DNA from: Malacoraja senta
Taxonomy: Eukaryota
NCBI GenBank assembly: GCA_038087875.1
Contig: CM075980.1
Span: forward strand, 10,292,001-10,356,000
DNA length: 64,000 nt
Direction of reading: 5' to 3'
In this document: piece by piece, positions 35,080 to 47,819 of the stretch
How positions within the stretch are numbered: the stretch's first letter is position 1
Layout: every line of letters starts with the position of its first letter
Notes under the pieces: generated by a model
Told to the model about the DNA's origin: nothing
The model's database searches: none
The model's input: the letters and a program-made list of their open reading frames with translations, nothing else
Made by a program: the position numbers and the translations under genes

Positions 35080-36200
35080 AATTTTGACATCCCCAAGAGC
35101 TCGGCCAGTGAGGTAATATACGTAGATCTCAGGAATGCAAATTGCGAAATCATTATAATGCGATTATAATATAGGCCTTGCAATAGCCAATGGGATATAA
35201 AGGAACAGATAAATCGTCTGCTTTTGCAAAGATGCAAAAAATACAGGGTAGTTATATTGACTGAGATCATTTTAGGACTGGACGGTCAGATGGGCAGAAT
35301 TTGTTAGGTGAATTCAGGAAAGGATCCATAGTAAACCTTGTATTAGGAATGAGCATGGCCGGGTGATCTGAATTTGGTGTGAGATAATTGTGGGAACTGT
35401 GATCATAACTCGATAGGTTATCAGCAAAACACAAAGATGGAGAGGGTTCTCGAGCCGAAACTTTGCCATGAAGAGAGATGTTGCAAATTAAGTAAAAAAA
35501 AGAAAAGGACGCATGGATGGCCTAGGAAGCTGAAATCGATCAGTGCCATTGAGGAAGATACAGCAAACGGAGCGTACGTAAACAGGGAATTAGAAGGGCC
35601 AAGAAGGCCATGGCAGGTCCTTAGCGAGTAGGATTGAAGATAAATATGAGACATGTTATACATATATTACAAAGAAATAGTAAGACGACAAGACAAAAGA
35701 GGACAATTATATGTGGAGCCTCAGAAAATTGGCGAGATACTAAACGTGAAGAAGGAGAAGCAGGATAGCGAAATCAAGGAGAGGTATGTTAATAGTCTAG
35801 GGCATGTTGACATCAAGAAGGATGATTTTGTTGTCTCTTGAAAATATTAGCTTGGATATGTCACCTTGGCCTAATAGAATCTACCCCACGTTATTGAGAG
35901 ACGCAAGAGTGTAGAATACTGGACTCTTTGCGGTGGCCTTTGTTTCCTCTTCAGCCATAGGCCAGGTGCCAAAGGACTGGGGAACACACAATTGCATTTC
36001 CCTGTTTATGAAGGACATCGGAGAGAAACCAGAAAAGTATATACCGGTGAGCCTTTCATTAGTGGTTGGGAAAATATGAAGGAAGCTTCTTCCGTATCGG
36101 ATCTACTCGCCATCTGGAAAACATTGACTTATTGGCGATGGTACAAGAGACTGCAGAGGCTTAATCGAGGGGCTGATTGGTAGATAACATTCAAGTTGGG
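35080..36200 (+). mobile_element. Highly decayed CR1
   Basis: KDKRGQLYVEPQKIGEILN and other CR1 tether-like residues. Confidence 0.5.
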
Positions 36201-36660
36201 GGGAGGGGTGGAAGGGTGAAGATGTCAACAACAGCTGTGAGATGATGTGGAAAAAATCTGTAGGTTATGTAATATGAAAAGAAATGAAGGCGAGGAATGG
36301 AACAGAATGAGGAGGGTTGGTCGTTGGGAACTGAAGAGGGACGGGAAGGGGAGTAATAGGGGGAAGGAGATGGAGAATGTGGGGGAGGAGGAAGAAATAG
36401 CGCCGTGGAGAAGTGTGAGTTGAGGTGGGAATAAGAGATGTCTGAAAGGGCCGGGATAGATAGGATGAGAAGGAAAGGGATAGCAGAGCTTAGGGTAATC
36501 GTAAAATGGAAAATTCAATGTTCAGGCCGTTGGGTTGTGGACTACCCGGATGGAATACGAGCTCCTGTTGCAATAGTTTGATTTTAGCTTCACTCCGGAC
36601 GTGGAGGATAGAAATATCCTTGTGGAAATACGATGGAGAATTTAAATGACTGATAACCAG
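36200..36660 (-). mobile_element. Penelope 3' fragment
   Basis: Minus strand EAKIKL..QELVFHPGSPQPNGLNIEF followed by a pyrimidine-rich UTR. Confidence 0.6.
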
Positions 36661-36779
36661 GCAATCCGTGTGGCCACAGCGGATTGAGAGCAGATGCTCG
36701 ACAAAGCGGTCAACTAATCTGCTTTGGTTTCCCTGGTGTATATTTGGTCATATCGGAAACACCAAATACAGATTTACAC

Positions 36780-36970
36780 AAAAGGACACAAGTGCTGGAG
36801 TAACTCAGCGGGCCAAGCAGCATCTCTGGAGTACATGGATAGGTGATGTTTCGGGTCGAGAAACTTCTTCAAGTCTAAATAAGAGACCGGAGCCGAAACG
36901 TTACCTGTCCACGTTCTCCATGAGTGCTGCATGACCTGCTGGGTTACTCCAGCATTTTGTGTCTTTCCTA
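36780..36970. mobile_element. Penelope-derived fold-back element
   Basis: acacaagtgctggagtaactcagcggg ... ctgctgggttactccagcattttgtgt. Confidence 0.7.
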
Positions 36971-37286
36971 GGTCTGCTGTTCCTTCCTTCTCTATTATTT
37001 TCTTATCATGCTTCTTCTAATAGGCATTACATTTTCCTTTCACTGAGTTACTTCCACGATTTGTGTTGCCGCAGATTTGTTTCAGTGCTGTGCGATTCTA
37101 TGCTGTCTGTTCTATAAATGTTGCGTTTGTGGTGAAAGGTGTGAATGGTAGGTGAATCATTAATCAATTAAGCCATTTTTTTCCTTGATGATGCCGATCT
37201 TTCTGAAACATATTGCAGCTGCACTTATCGAGAGACGAAGGGTATTCAAGTACAGTTGAATTGTGCCTTTTTTAATTTACAGATGC

Positions 37287-38570
37287 CATAAGATCATTAG
37301 GGATAGGAGTAGAATTAAGCCATTCGGCCCATCAAGTCTACTCCGCCATTCAATCTTGGCTTATCTATCTCTCCACCATAACACTATTCACCTGACTTCT
37401 CAACATAACCTCTGACACCTGTACTAATCAAGAATCTATCTGCCCTGAATATATCCACAGACTTGGCCTTCGCAGCCTTCTGTGGCAAGGAATTCCGCAG
37501 ATTCACCACCCTCTGACTAAATAACTTTCACGTCACCTCCTTCCTAAAAAAACGTCCTTTAATTCTGAGGTTAAGACCTCTAGTCCTAGACTCCCACTGG
37601 TGGAAACATCCTCTCCACATGTACTCTATCCAAGCCCTTTCACTATTTTGTACGTTTCAATGAGGTCCCCCCTCATTCTTCTAAAGTCCAGCATGTACAG
37701 GCCCAGTGCCGATAAACGCTCAACATAGGTTACCCTACTCATTCCTGGGATCATTCTTGTAAACCTCCTCTGGACCCTCCAGAGCCAGCAGATCATTCCT
37801 CGGATATCGTGTACAAAATTGCTCATAATATTCCAAATGCGGCCCTACCAGCGTCTTATAGAGCCTCAACATTACATATCTGTTTTATATACGAGCCCTC
37901 TTGAAATAAATGCTAGCATTGAGTTTGTTTTCTTTACTACTGATTCGAGTTGCAGATGAACGGCACCAGCACTACCAACTCCCTTTGCACCTCCGATTTC
38001 TGGATTCTCACCCCATTTAGAAAATAGTCTATGCCTTTATTCCTACTACCAAAATGCATGACTCCACACTTTGCTACATTATATTCCATCAGCCACTTCT
38101 CTGCCCACTCTCCCAACCTGCCAAGTCCTTCTGCAGAGTCCCTGCTATCTCTGCACTACCTGCCCCTCCACCTATTTTTGTATCTTCGGCAAACTTTGCC
38201 ACAAAGCCTTCAATTCCCTCGTCCAAATCATTACTATTCAACGTGAAGAGTAGCGGCCCCAGCACCGACCCTTGCGGAAGTCACCAGCAGCCAACCAGAA
38301 AAAAAGCCCCTACATTACCACTCTTTGTCTTCTGCCATCCAGCCAACCTGCTATCCATGCTAATATCTGCCCTTTGATACCGTGGACTCTCATCTTCCTC
38401 AGCAGGCTAAGGTGTTGCACCTTATCAAAGGCTTCTGAAAATCGAAGTAAATAACATCTACTGACTCTCCTTTGTCTATCCTGCTATTTACTTCTTCAAA
38501 GAATTCTAGCAAATTTGTCAAGCAAGACCTTCCCTTCACAAAGCCATGCTGACTTCGGCCTATTTTGTCG
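37287..38570 (-). mobile_element. CR1 fragment flanked by a 90-bp inverted duplication
   Basis: LWRVQRRFTRMIPG, QHGFVKGRSCLTNLLEFFE; flanks 37185-37273 and 38571-38661 are inverted copies of each other. Confidence 0.85.
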
Positions 38571-38821
38571 AAAAAATGCACAATCCAACTGTAATTGAAT
38601 GTCCTTTGCCTCACTGGATAAGTGCAGCTGCAATATGATTCTGAAAGTTCGGCATCATCAACATCTGTTCAACAAATGTATTTCGGTTGATCGTTAGTAA
38701 ATTAAATATATCTGGCGGCAATGAATTTTACTCAAACTATTTCAATACAATTATCTCCTTCGTTCTGTTCCGCTTCTCCCTGCCATGTTTACAAATCTGC
38801 ATTTCGTTGGTGATTCTTGTC

Positions 38822-39092
38822 TCTTAGAATAAACGGGAAGACATTTAAGACTGAGGTGAGAAAAAACGTTTTCACCCTGAGAGTTGTGAATTTGTGGAAT
38901 TCCCTGCCACAGTCCCTGGATGGATTTAAGAGAGAGCTCTAGGGGCTTGTGGATTCAAGGGATATGGGGAGAAGGCAGGCATGGGTTATTGATTGGGGAC
39001 GATCAGCCATGATCACAATGAATAGCGGTGCTGGCTCGAAGGGCCGAATGGCCTCCTCCTGCACCGATTTTCTATGTTTCTATGTTTCTATT
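38822..39092 (+). mobile_element. CR1 3' tail
   Basis: gatcagccatgatc..gaagggccgaatggcct..(ttctatgt)n. Confidence 0.8.
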
Positions 39093-39179
39093 ACCTTTGT
39101 TTGAATAGAAATATACTATTGGCAGTCAGGCCGTTGCAGTTAAAAATAAAATAACTTTGCAAGGTCGTGGAAAGGATCA

Positions 39180-39305
39180 CGTCTGAAGAAGGGGCTCGAA
39201 CCGAAACGTCACCCATTCCTTCTCTTCGGAGATGCTGCCTGTCCCGCTGAGTTACTCCAGCTTTTTGTGTCTATCTTCGGTTTAAACCAGCATTTGTAGT
39301 TCCTT
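39180..39305 (+). mobile_element. Penelope terminal-repeat fragment with hammerhead-like core
   Basis: CTGAAGAAGGGGCTCGAACCGAAACGTCACCC then gatgctgcctgtcccgctgagttactccagc. Confidence 0.7.
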
Positions 39306-40837
39306 CTTAAATACACGACAATGTTAACCTTCATTTTGCAAAAGGTGCTTACTATTTGTATCAGTTAGCTTTATTTCAGTCACAGCGCATGCGAAGTTGT
39401 AAGTGCCATCCGATTTTAATAAAACGCTTTTTAAAATGTTGGGTTAAAGGCCGCAACTTCTTATTTATAAAGAGAGATGTGTTTCTCATTTAGTGCAGCA
39501 GGCCTCTCACATTCTATGTCCTCGTTTATCTGTAGCAGCTTTACTTTCTTATCACTTGTGCTGCGTAGATTTCTCCTTCTGTGTCTATTTTCAGACAATT
39601 TATTTGTGTCTTCCAGTTCCCAATTCTCTTCGTCTTTTTTCTTTGTGTCTGAATTCTCCATTGTGTTGTGACACAAAAAAGTGCAGGTGTTGGAATCTTG
39701 AGTAACAACAGGAAAAGGATTTGTAAAAAAAGTAGAGACAAGGAACTGCAGATGATGGTTTACAAATGAAAAGATACAATATGCTGATGCACCTCAGCAG
39801 GTTAGGAAGCATCCCTGAAGAATATGGACAGGTCACGATTTGGATATTAATGGCCTTGTGCAACCTATTCATCACCCAATGCTTTATTTAATTGCATGTC
39901 TTGAAGATTAATTCTTCGGTGTATTTTCATGATGCACTCCTCAGTATTTCAGGCGCCACGGGTCGAACTTAATATACACGCCACATGTTCAAATTGTGTC
40001 ATTTTGTAGATTTACCAATTGAACATATTTTGCATTGTACGCCTCCCTGCGAAAGATACCCTCGGATAAATTCATGTCATCTGGGATGAAACATATATGC
40101 CGATGTGCCTATTTAATACCCTCAATACGATAAATTCAATCTTTGAAGGTCTGTCCTGCTGTATTCACAAACAGGTAAGTATTTTCCTGGCAATAATAAT
40201 GTAAACGTAAATTTGATACTCTAATTTATACGGAAGTCTGCATAGCCGTTCTCAGGGATCCTTGCAAAAGTTGCCCCACTTTTTTGTGACCTGTGTCTGT
40301 TGAATTGCTCGCCTATCTGTTGAATTGCTCGCGTATTTCATTTCTGCCAATAAGTTAAAAAAACGAAGAATTTCTGAATATCATGATTGGAACTCATATA
40401 TTAATACGAGGTAGAAAGGTAGAAAATATTTGTCCTTGAATCTTGGAATCAGAGCACAGCGGGCAGAAGCCTTGGTATGCAGTATATGTCGGCATTCATT
40501 GAGGAGTAATTTTGAGCCCCCCTGCTCGCGCACATCATCCGAAGCGATCGGCTTGTGCTATATTTTAATTATATACAAAGTATATGTAATATTATTGTTT
40601 ATATATTAATAATTTAATGCTGCTCCAATATAGGAATCACGCTGTATGGCATTTCAGGTTCTCGTGTTTAAAGCATAGGCACCAGACTTTCTTCGGTTGG
40701 GTAAAATATAGTTACCAGCACCACGTCAGTTAAACGTATCTTCGTTTTCACTGACATCAAATGCAATGGTATGATGTATGCGTTTTCTCCAAGCACCGAT
40801 ATTGCAGGCGCATATTGGGCCTTGGTTTGCTGCACAA

Positions 40838-41199
40838 CATAGAAACATAGAAACATAGAAATTAGGTGCAGGAGTAGGCCATTCGGCCCTTCGAGCCTGC
40901 ACCGCCATTCAATATGATCATGGCTGATCATCCAACTCAGTATCCTGTACCTGCCTTCTCTCCATACCCTCTGATCCCTTTAGCCACAAGGGCCACATCT
41001 AGCTCCCTCTTAAATATAGCCAATGAACTGGCCTCGACTACCCTCTGTGGCAGAGAGTTCCAGAGATTCACCACTCTCTGTGTGAAAAAAGTTCTTCTCA
41101 TCTCGGTTTTAAAGGATTTCCCCCTTATCCTTAAGCTGTGACCCCTTGTCCTGGACTTCCCCAACATCGGGAGCAATCTTCCTGCATCTAGCCTGTCCA
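40838..41199 (-). mobile_element. CR1 3' tail
   Basis: (aacataga)n tail; RTRGHSLRIRGKSFKTEMR. Confidence 0.85.
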
Positions 41200-41269
41200 A
41201 CAATACGGTCAAAGTAAACAATATACATCGTTGCAATTGTGCACCAAAGTCACAGCTCAAAACTATTGT

Positions 41270-41480
41270 GTAATGTTCAACCTGATGTCTTTGTGAAGTG
41301 AGAGTAAAAGCAACGGTCCAAGTGCAGAAAAATAGGATTAATGTAGATGAGTCCTTGAGAGTCGGCATGGACCTGTTCACCTTCGGCAAGGATAAAATGA
41401 CTATAAACCTCAGATCCGCAATCTGCAATGATGTCTCATCCAATATGCGAATCGTCAGAGTAAGAAAATCTAGCTTTTTA
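41270..41480 (-). mobile_element. Old Penelope RT fragment
   Basis: LDFLTLTIRI...KDS resembles the PFLDVTISI...CKDS region at 50180-50320. Confidence 0.4.
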
Positions 41481-41682
41481 CTTTGACCGGACAATTGCTC
41501 AATAAACTATTGGAACCCTATCTGCCACAACAGCACCATGGGAACAGATGTCTAAGAATGGAAAACAGTAATGTTCTATATTTCTAATTATGTTTTATGT
41601 TTTTTAAATGTATCGAAGTAACCAGAAATACAGAACTCGAAACCTATTCCGGTTCGAATAGGTCACAGGGAAAACCAGGGAC

Positions 41683-41752
41683 ATTTCTGATTGGCGCCAA
41701 GCAGCAATATCATTTGCATTAATAAGGTGACACCTCACCGTACTGTTCAAAA
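41683..41752 (+). promoter_or_regulatory. V promoter, cluster 3: CCAAT, perfect octamer, non-canonical TATA
   Basis: ATTGG at 41690-41694, ATTTGCAT at 41712-41719, TTCAAAA at the TATA-equivalent position 41746-41752. Confidence 0.7.
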
Positions 41753-41822
41753 GCGAGACGAAAATACGTTAGAAGCCACTGGGAAACTGTTGCCTTGCCT
41801 GAACACCAGTCAGTAAAATACA

Positions 41823-41871
41823 ATGACTTGCTGGATACGACTACTCAGTGCGCTGGCTCTTTGCGCGACTT
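41823..41871 (+). CDS. IGL: Leader exon, cluster 3
   Basis: ATG at 41823, GTGAGT at 41872. Confidence 0.9.
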
Positions 41872-44800
41872 GTGAGTTCCTTTTTTCATCAAAATTAGAT
41901 TTCTCCTCGAGTACTCCTCGGCGGGAGGTTTCTCTCGTGTTTTAATTCCAGATTATTGTTTTCACTGTGCTGTTTATTTTTCCAGATTTACGCGCAGAAG
42001 TTACAGTAAGCCAGCCGCTTTCGATGTCCATCACTCCGGGGCAGAACTTAGAATTAACCTGCACCATGTCTGGCGCTACTTTAGGGAATGACAATGTTTA
42101 CTGGTATCAGCAGATTCCTGGACGTACACCGCGGCTTTTAGTCTATTATTGGTCCAGCAAGGGCACTCCTGGTCGAGGTCCGGGAGTTTCAGAGAGGTTT
42201 TCCGGTTCAGTGTCAGGCAACACGGGGACTTTCACAATATCTAACGTTCAATCAGACGACACTGCCGATTATTACTGCGCTATGTGGAAAAACATTTTAA
42301 GATTTGCAAAAGGAACACGAGTGGCTGTTGGCAGTAAGTGAAATGTTTATTTCTAACGTTCTGTAAGTTCTTATTAACAATAATTAATTGCGTTATCTTT
42401 CAATCAGGTGAGAATATCCATGATTATCCTTCATATGTTTAATCGTGTACTGCTATTGTAACCCCCACCCCTCCTTACCACCCCACCCCTATCCCTCTCG
42501 ACGTCGCCACTGGCCCTCTCCCGTTTCAATGGGGTAATTGGAAGTGAAAACTAATAGCTTTCTGCGAGGTTTTGCGAATTTTATGCACAGAAAGTTAGCA
42601 CCCAGACGATCTGTGGTTGCGTCTGAATCATCCCTTATTTTGTTCAATTTGTACTGTATTCCGTCCTGATGCAAAACTCACAATGGTCCTGAGATAGATT
42701 GCATTGGCTATTAGTAGATACCCTACCGTCATGCGTGTCATATGTTGAACCGAGTTTATTTTCAGCATTTGCTCGGACAAATACAATCGAACAAAGCCAG
42801 TTGCATCCTTTATTATCGGATTGACATTGCCGAACAAACATGATTATTTTACCTATTTACGGAGAGCATGCGCCCCAGTCAAAACTGATGATTTTGACAA
42901 GGGCTCCGTGAAGCCAGTCACATTATACGGGTTGTAGTCACCATCACCCCGTCCCACAATTGCCCCAGATTACTAGCTGGTCGTGCATTTCAAAAATCCA
43001 ATTGGAATGGAAACTGACTGCTCTCGACGACCCTGTAACATAGCAATACACCCATCAGTCAATCTGCGCATTGAGAGGAAACGTTTGGTTGAAGGAAACG
43101 AACCACTGAAGCTGACCCGACAATCGAGTGCTCGCTTTCACACAATTAAAATTCATCATTTGTGGAGAGCGGAACAAGGATATTGTTTCAGCTCCACGAC
43201 ACTTCAGAGCTAGCCTGTTTTGTTAACTGTTTTATCTCCCCTGAAACTGCCTATTCTGTTGTGTAACCCCAGCGTTTTCAGTTTTTATATCTGATTTCTA
43301 GTATATACAGGGTTTTCTTTGTTGATCAGAAAGGATTTTACTCAGTTACGACCGACTATTGAAAGTTTTTTTCTCAAATATCTGAAATTTAAGATTTAAT
43401 CTGAACCATCTAATCTCTCTGTGAGCTATGAAAAGATCACTGCATCGCTTTAGTAATTTAAAACATGAACTGTATATTTTAGCTTCAATGTCTTTTCAAA
43501 TCTTCGGCCAGGTAAAAGATCTGGTGGTCTTCTGACAAGAAAACTTTAAAAGAGCAATAAACCCTTGCAATTGTGATCATGCGCATCTGCAAACATGAAA
43601 TATGTTGCGTTGTTAATAGCAGTTCGGTACTATATCTGGTTGATAGAGTGCAGCCCGAACTGTTTCCCTATTCAGACAATGAAAGAAGCAGTTCCCTTTC
43701 AAAAATGTCAGATCGGTTAGGATGGAACAACACGTCGAGAGATGAATGAGGTTAAATATAACTAAGATTATAGTTTAAATTGTGTACAGCACTGTACAGA
43801 TCATTGGTATAACCCGGTGCAGCAGGCTACCTCACAGCTCCAATATTTGCGACCGCGTTCAATCCCCTCCTAGGGTACTGTCTGTTGGGTTTGCTAGTTA
43901 TTTCGTCACGACATCAATTTCCTTGCACTGCTCCGAGACATGCTGTTGGGCTAATTGGCTACTCTATGTAATCTCTTACTGCAGTAAACTGTAGAAAGAA
44001 GAGTTGTTCAGAGAAGTTGCTCGACTGCAGTTAAATAAAGGAGAGGAAGGAACTGGTTTATACCGAAGATAGACATGGAATGGCTGGGCAGTATGGAACG
44101 GACTGAATTATCTGCTAGGAGTTGGCACGGACCCGACCGCCCGATTTTCCTCGTGTCCTAATAAGTACACAAATCCACCTTTGCCTAGAGGTCTTTAGCG
44201 TGAGAGCGCAAAGGAAATCGAGATCAATCCCTTTCTTGTCTCATGCGATTCAAAAATAATGCAAGACTTTCCTGTTCATGAACTATGCGAATGAAGCAAA
44301 ATGAGATTTTATTAGACACAAGATGCCGGAGTAATTCAGTGGAACAGAGAGGCCGCATCTCCGGAGAGAAGGAAAGGGTGATGTTTCGAGTAGGCACCCT
44401 TCATCCGAATAGTTTTGATGCCTGTCCCGCTGAGTTACTCCAGCATTTTGTCTATCTTCGGTTTAAACCAGCATCTGCAGTTCCTTCCTACATATTACTG
44501 AGATTTTATTAAGGTAATGTTTGATATAACCCGAAATCCTTATTGTAAATTATATTTCAGTAGCTGGATACACGATGCGAATTTATTATTTTGAAGCGGG
44601 TGGACGTTCTGGTTATTACATTGACATTTGACCCGAAAGTAGTGTTTCAATTCTTATTTAACTGCGATATTTTGTTAATCAGATCCTCGGCCCCCTGCCG
44701 CATCCGTTTTACCACCTTCAGGAGATGAGATGAGAGTAAAGGGCACCGCCACCCTGGTGTGTTTGGTGAGCGGGTTTAATCCGGGTGCTGTGGAAATTCA

Positions 44801-45005
44801 GTGGACTGTGGACGGCAGTGCGAGAAGTGATGGCATTGAGACCAGCCGGATCCAGCAGGAGACGGACAACACGTTCAGTGCGAGCAGTTACCTGACTCTG
44901 CCAGTCTCAGACTGGAAATTACACGAGCTTTACTCCTGTGTGGTTAAACACGAGACTCAGGCAACCCCACTTCGGGTGGATATCGCGAAATCCAGCTGTA
45001 TGTGA
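41823..45005 (+). CDS. IGL: Ig light chain cluster 3, lambda/type II, germline-joined VJ (exons 41823-41871, 41986-42333, 44683-45005; 239 aa)
   Basis: Leader MTCWIRLLSALALCAT; V-J EVTVSQPLS...YYCAMWKNILRFAKGTRVAVG; C ending KSSCM; canonical splice sites; 720 nt in frame. Confidence 0.92.
41986..42333 (+). CDS. IGLV-IGLJ: Fused V-J exon, cluster 3 (CDR3 AMWKNILR; J motif FAKG)
   Basis: ttttccag acceptor, V hallmarks, donor at 42334. Confidence 0.94.
43800..43960 (+). mobile_element. Degenerate V-SINE in the cluster 3 J-C intron
   Basis: gctacctcacagctcc..cgttcaatccc..gtactgtctgt head. Confidence 0.5.
44040..44482. mobile_element. Penelope-derived terminal-repeat fragments in the cluster 3 intron
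   Basis: ccggagtaattcag...gcatctccggagaga and inverted ctgagttactccagc...aaaccagcatctgcagttccttcct. Confidence 0.6.
44683..45005 (+). CDS. IGLC: Constant exon, cluster 3
   Basis: AG at 44681-82; NPRPPAASVLPPS...TATLVCLVSGFNPG...KSSCM-stop. Confidence 0.95.
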
Positions 45006-45266
45006 AATGGAAATTTGTTAATCGAGAGAGTTTGTTTATCATGATTATTTTCTTTTATTTGATGCAATGTCGAAATGTATTGGTCTCCGGAGTATTACAT
45101 TTACCAGATACGTTTCGCACGTAAAGCTTAAAATTTTATGACTTGCTCACTTTAAAGCTATTCTGTCGACAAAATACCAGTACTAGCCTCGAGTTTAATT
45201 AATATGAGTTTAGTGCATCCAAATACTTGGCAACGTGACCTTAGTGTTGTTTGTAGACTTTGAGAA

Positions 45267-45272
45267 AATAAA
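45267..45272 (+). terminator. Poly(A) signal, cluster 3 (site B equivalent)
   Basis: AATAAA preceded by tttgtagactttgag, similar to tttgcag(a/c)cgttga before site B in clusters 1 and 2. Confidence 0.5.
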
Positions 45273-47249
45273 GAAACTAATCTTAAATGCAATGCAATAT
45301 CCTTTTTTTTTCTAATGCAAAATATGTTGACCGGGAATTAGAATACTTTTGATGTTTCCACCCTTTTTTCTTTGGAACCGATCTCCTCCCAATGTGCAGT
45401 GGATGATTAATTTGAATGAGCCTCGGTTGGTTGTAATGCGATACCGCGTACGACTGTGGGTACCAGTAAATGTGGGAAAGGTAGTTGACGATGGCAGTCA
45501 TTAAACAACATCAGTTTGATAGCAGCCCTGCCAACATGATCTACGTCAACACAGCTGAAGCACTGAATGCACCGAACACTTAGTCTTAGTAGGAAAAATA
45601 ACTACAATCTTATTTTTCCTCCATCGCATACTCCTATTCGTCCAGAGACTCAAATTCGCACCAAATACCCCCAAACATTATTTTTGAAATAACTATTTTC
45701 TGCTCATTGACGTTTTAACACAATCCATTTGTACATTTACAATTAGCCGATGGGACTGAATTCAATTTAAAAAAACGGAAGATTAACTAGTCAATAAAAT
45801 TCAATCGATCCAGTTAGCACTTTTTTAAAAATATAGCAGAAGAGATAGAATCCACGGAAGGTACACAGAGTAGGAGCAGTATAATTTTTCAGTGAGTGGA
45901 GGACAGGTCATATAATGTTTGTACACATCACACTCAGTTATTTACAGCGCTGTGGCTATAAGCTCGATTGATCAAAGAATTAGACAACGGCCACCACTAT
46001 GTCCGGCTAATACGCTATTGTTGCTACGCGCACGTTTAAATTAACTTTACATTAATTTGCATGGTGGTTAACATCTTTAGGATTGCCTATATTTTCATTA
46101 TGCGGAGGTACCGTGTTCGGCTTCGGAGGAGGGAAAACGAAAATGATCATCGCCTGTGAGAAGCAGGGATATAGTATATTTGTAAAAATACATTTTGAAG
46201 GAATCATAGTCATAGAGTTATGCAGCATGAAAACATAGTTCAACCCGTTCTTGCCATTCAATACACCCATCGAAGTTCCTCCAATTTGCCCGGTTTCAAT
46301 CTAGACCAAACCTGTCTGGATATAATTAATGCAATGAAAGCACTGCCGATGAATCTGGTAGGAGAACTTGTCAAAAAACACATGATATCAGAAGGACGTC
46401 TCCTTTCTCTGAATGGATGTTATAAAGTGAAACATGGCAGTAACGGAAAGAATTAGCAGAATAGCACGCTGACAGAAAATAATGATTAGAAATTTGCACA
46501 ACATATCTTCCGCTTAATGTGAAAAGACAATGTTTCCACTAAAATAACGTGTTTTTTCATTTTCAAAATCGTCCGCGTCTTCGGCAAAACCGGGCGGCAA
46601 CTTCACAAAAGTCGTCAAGAAAGGAGTCTCATAGAGTCTCTGACCAGGAGGATCCATTCACATTCCGTCGAGAAGTAGAGAGTGCTTCGCCAGAACACCA
46701 CTTATCCCAACATGAATTTACGATTCATCTGTACGAATACAACGTACAATGATCTTTAATTAATTTTGCCTCGAGGTAATTCAGTGGGGCAAATATTAAA
46801 CAAATCTTTCGATTTGCAAGCTGGTTCGCTCTCCACGTGTAGCTCGTTTGATCTACTCGAGATAAAAGCCAAAGGAGCAAACTGCGTGATTATAGATGGG
46901 GGGGAGGGGGGGGGGGGATGTTTCAACAGTGCATTGCGTTCATTGCGTGGATTATCTATCAACATATTTTCTATGATAGAGAAGAGACGAATAGCTCACA
47001 TGTAGTATTAAATGCTCCAAACAGTAGCGTAAAGCCACATAGTCAGAGAACTCGCAACATTTACGGCTCACTGGACAACTGGTTGAAATGTGCTAATTCA
47101 TCGTGTCAGATAGCATCATTGAAGCATATGGAGAAGCGACGGTTTGGGTCGGGATCTTACTTCAAACTGATTGTCGTGCGCGGGGGGTGGTCTGAAAGAA
47201 ACGTGGGGTTGGTGCTGCAAAGCTAGGTAAGTGATAGATGTATACATGT

Positions 47250-47640
47250 GAAAGACTTTGAATGGCAGCTAGTTGGACATATGATAGGGATGAATACAGG
47301 CAGACGGCTGTGAGATAATAAGGAAACAGGCGTGAAATATGGAGCCAGAAGAAAGAATAGCGATGGAAGGGGGCAGGGAAAGAGGAAAGGGAGGCGGGAT
47401 AGAGGGTGAAATTAGCGAACATTCAGGTGGAGCATAGCAACCGGGTGGGTGGTCTAGGGAGGGGGTTTGTTGACGGGGGCGGGGGTGGGGCATGTGTCTG
47501 GAGGAACTGCCGACGCTGGTTTAAACCGAAGACAATCACAAAAACCTGGAGGAACTCAGCGGTCAGGCAGCATCTCTGGAGAAAAATAATAGAGAACGCT
47601 TCGGTTAGAGACCCTTCTTCAGACTGACATTCAGGGGAAA
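47250..47640 (-). mobile_element. Penelope-derived UTR plus terminal repeat
   Basis: Purine-rich tract, then ggaactgccgacgctggtttaaaccgaaga...cccttcttcagact. Confidence 0.55.
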
Positions 47641-47819
47641 GGGGAACTTATATTTGGATAATTTAATGTTCATACAGTTGGGTTGGTAAGCTACCAACGA
47701 GAAATGTAAGATGTTCTTCCTCTATTATGCGTATGGCCTCACTCTTGCAATGGAGGAGTCTCAGGACTGATGGGAAGGCATTAGGAATGTAAATGTGCCC
47801 CATCTGGGTGTACACTCAT

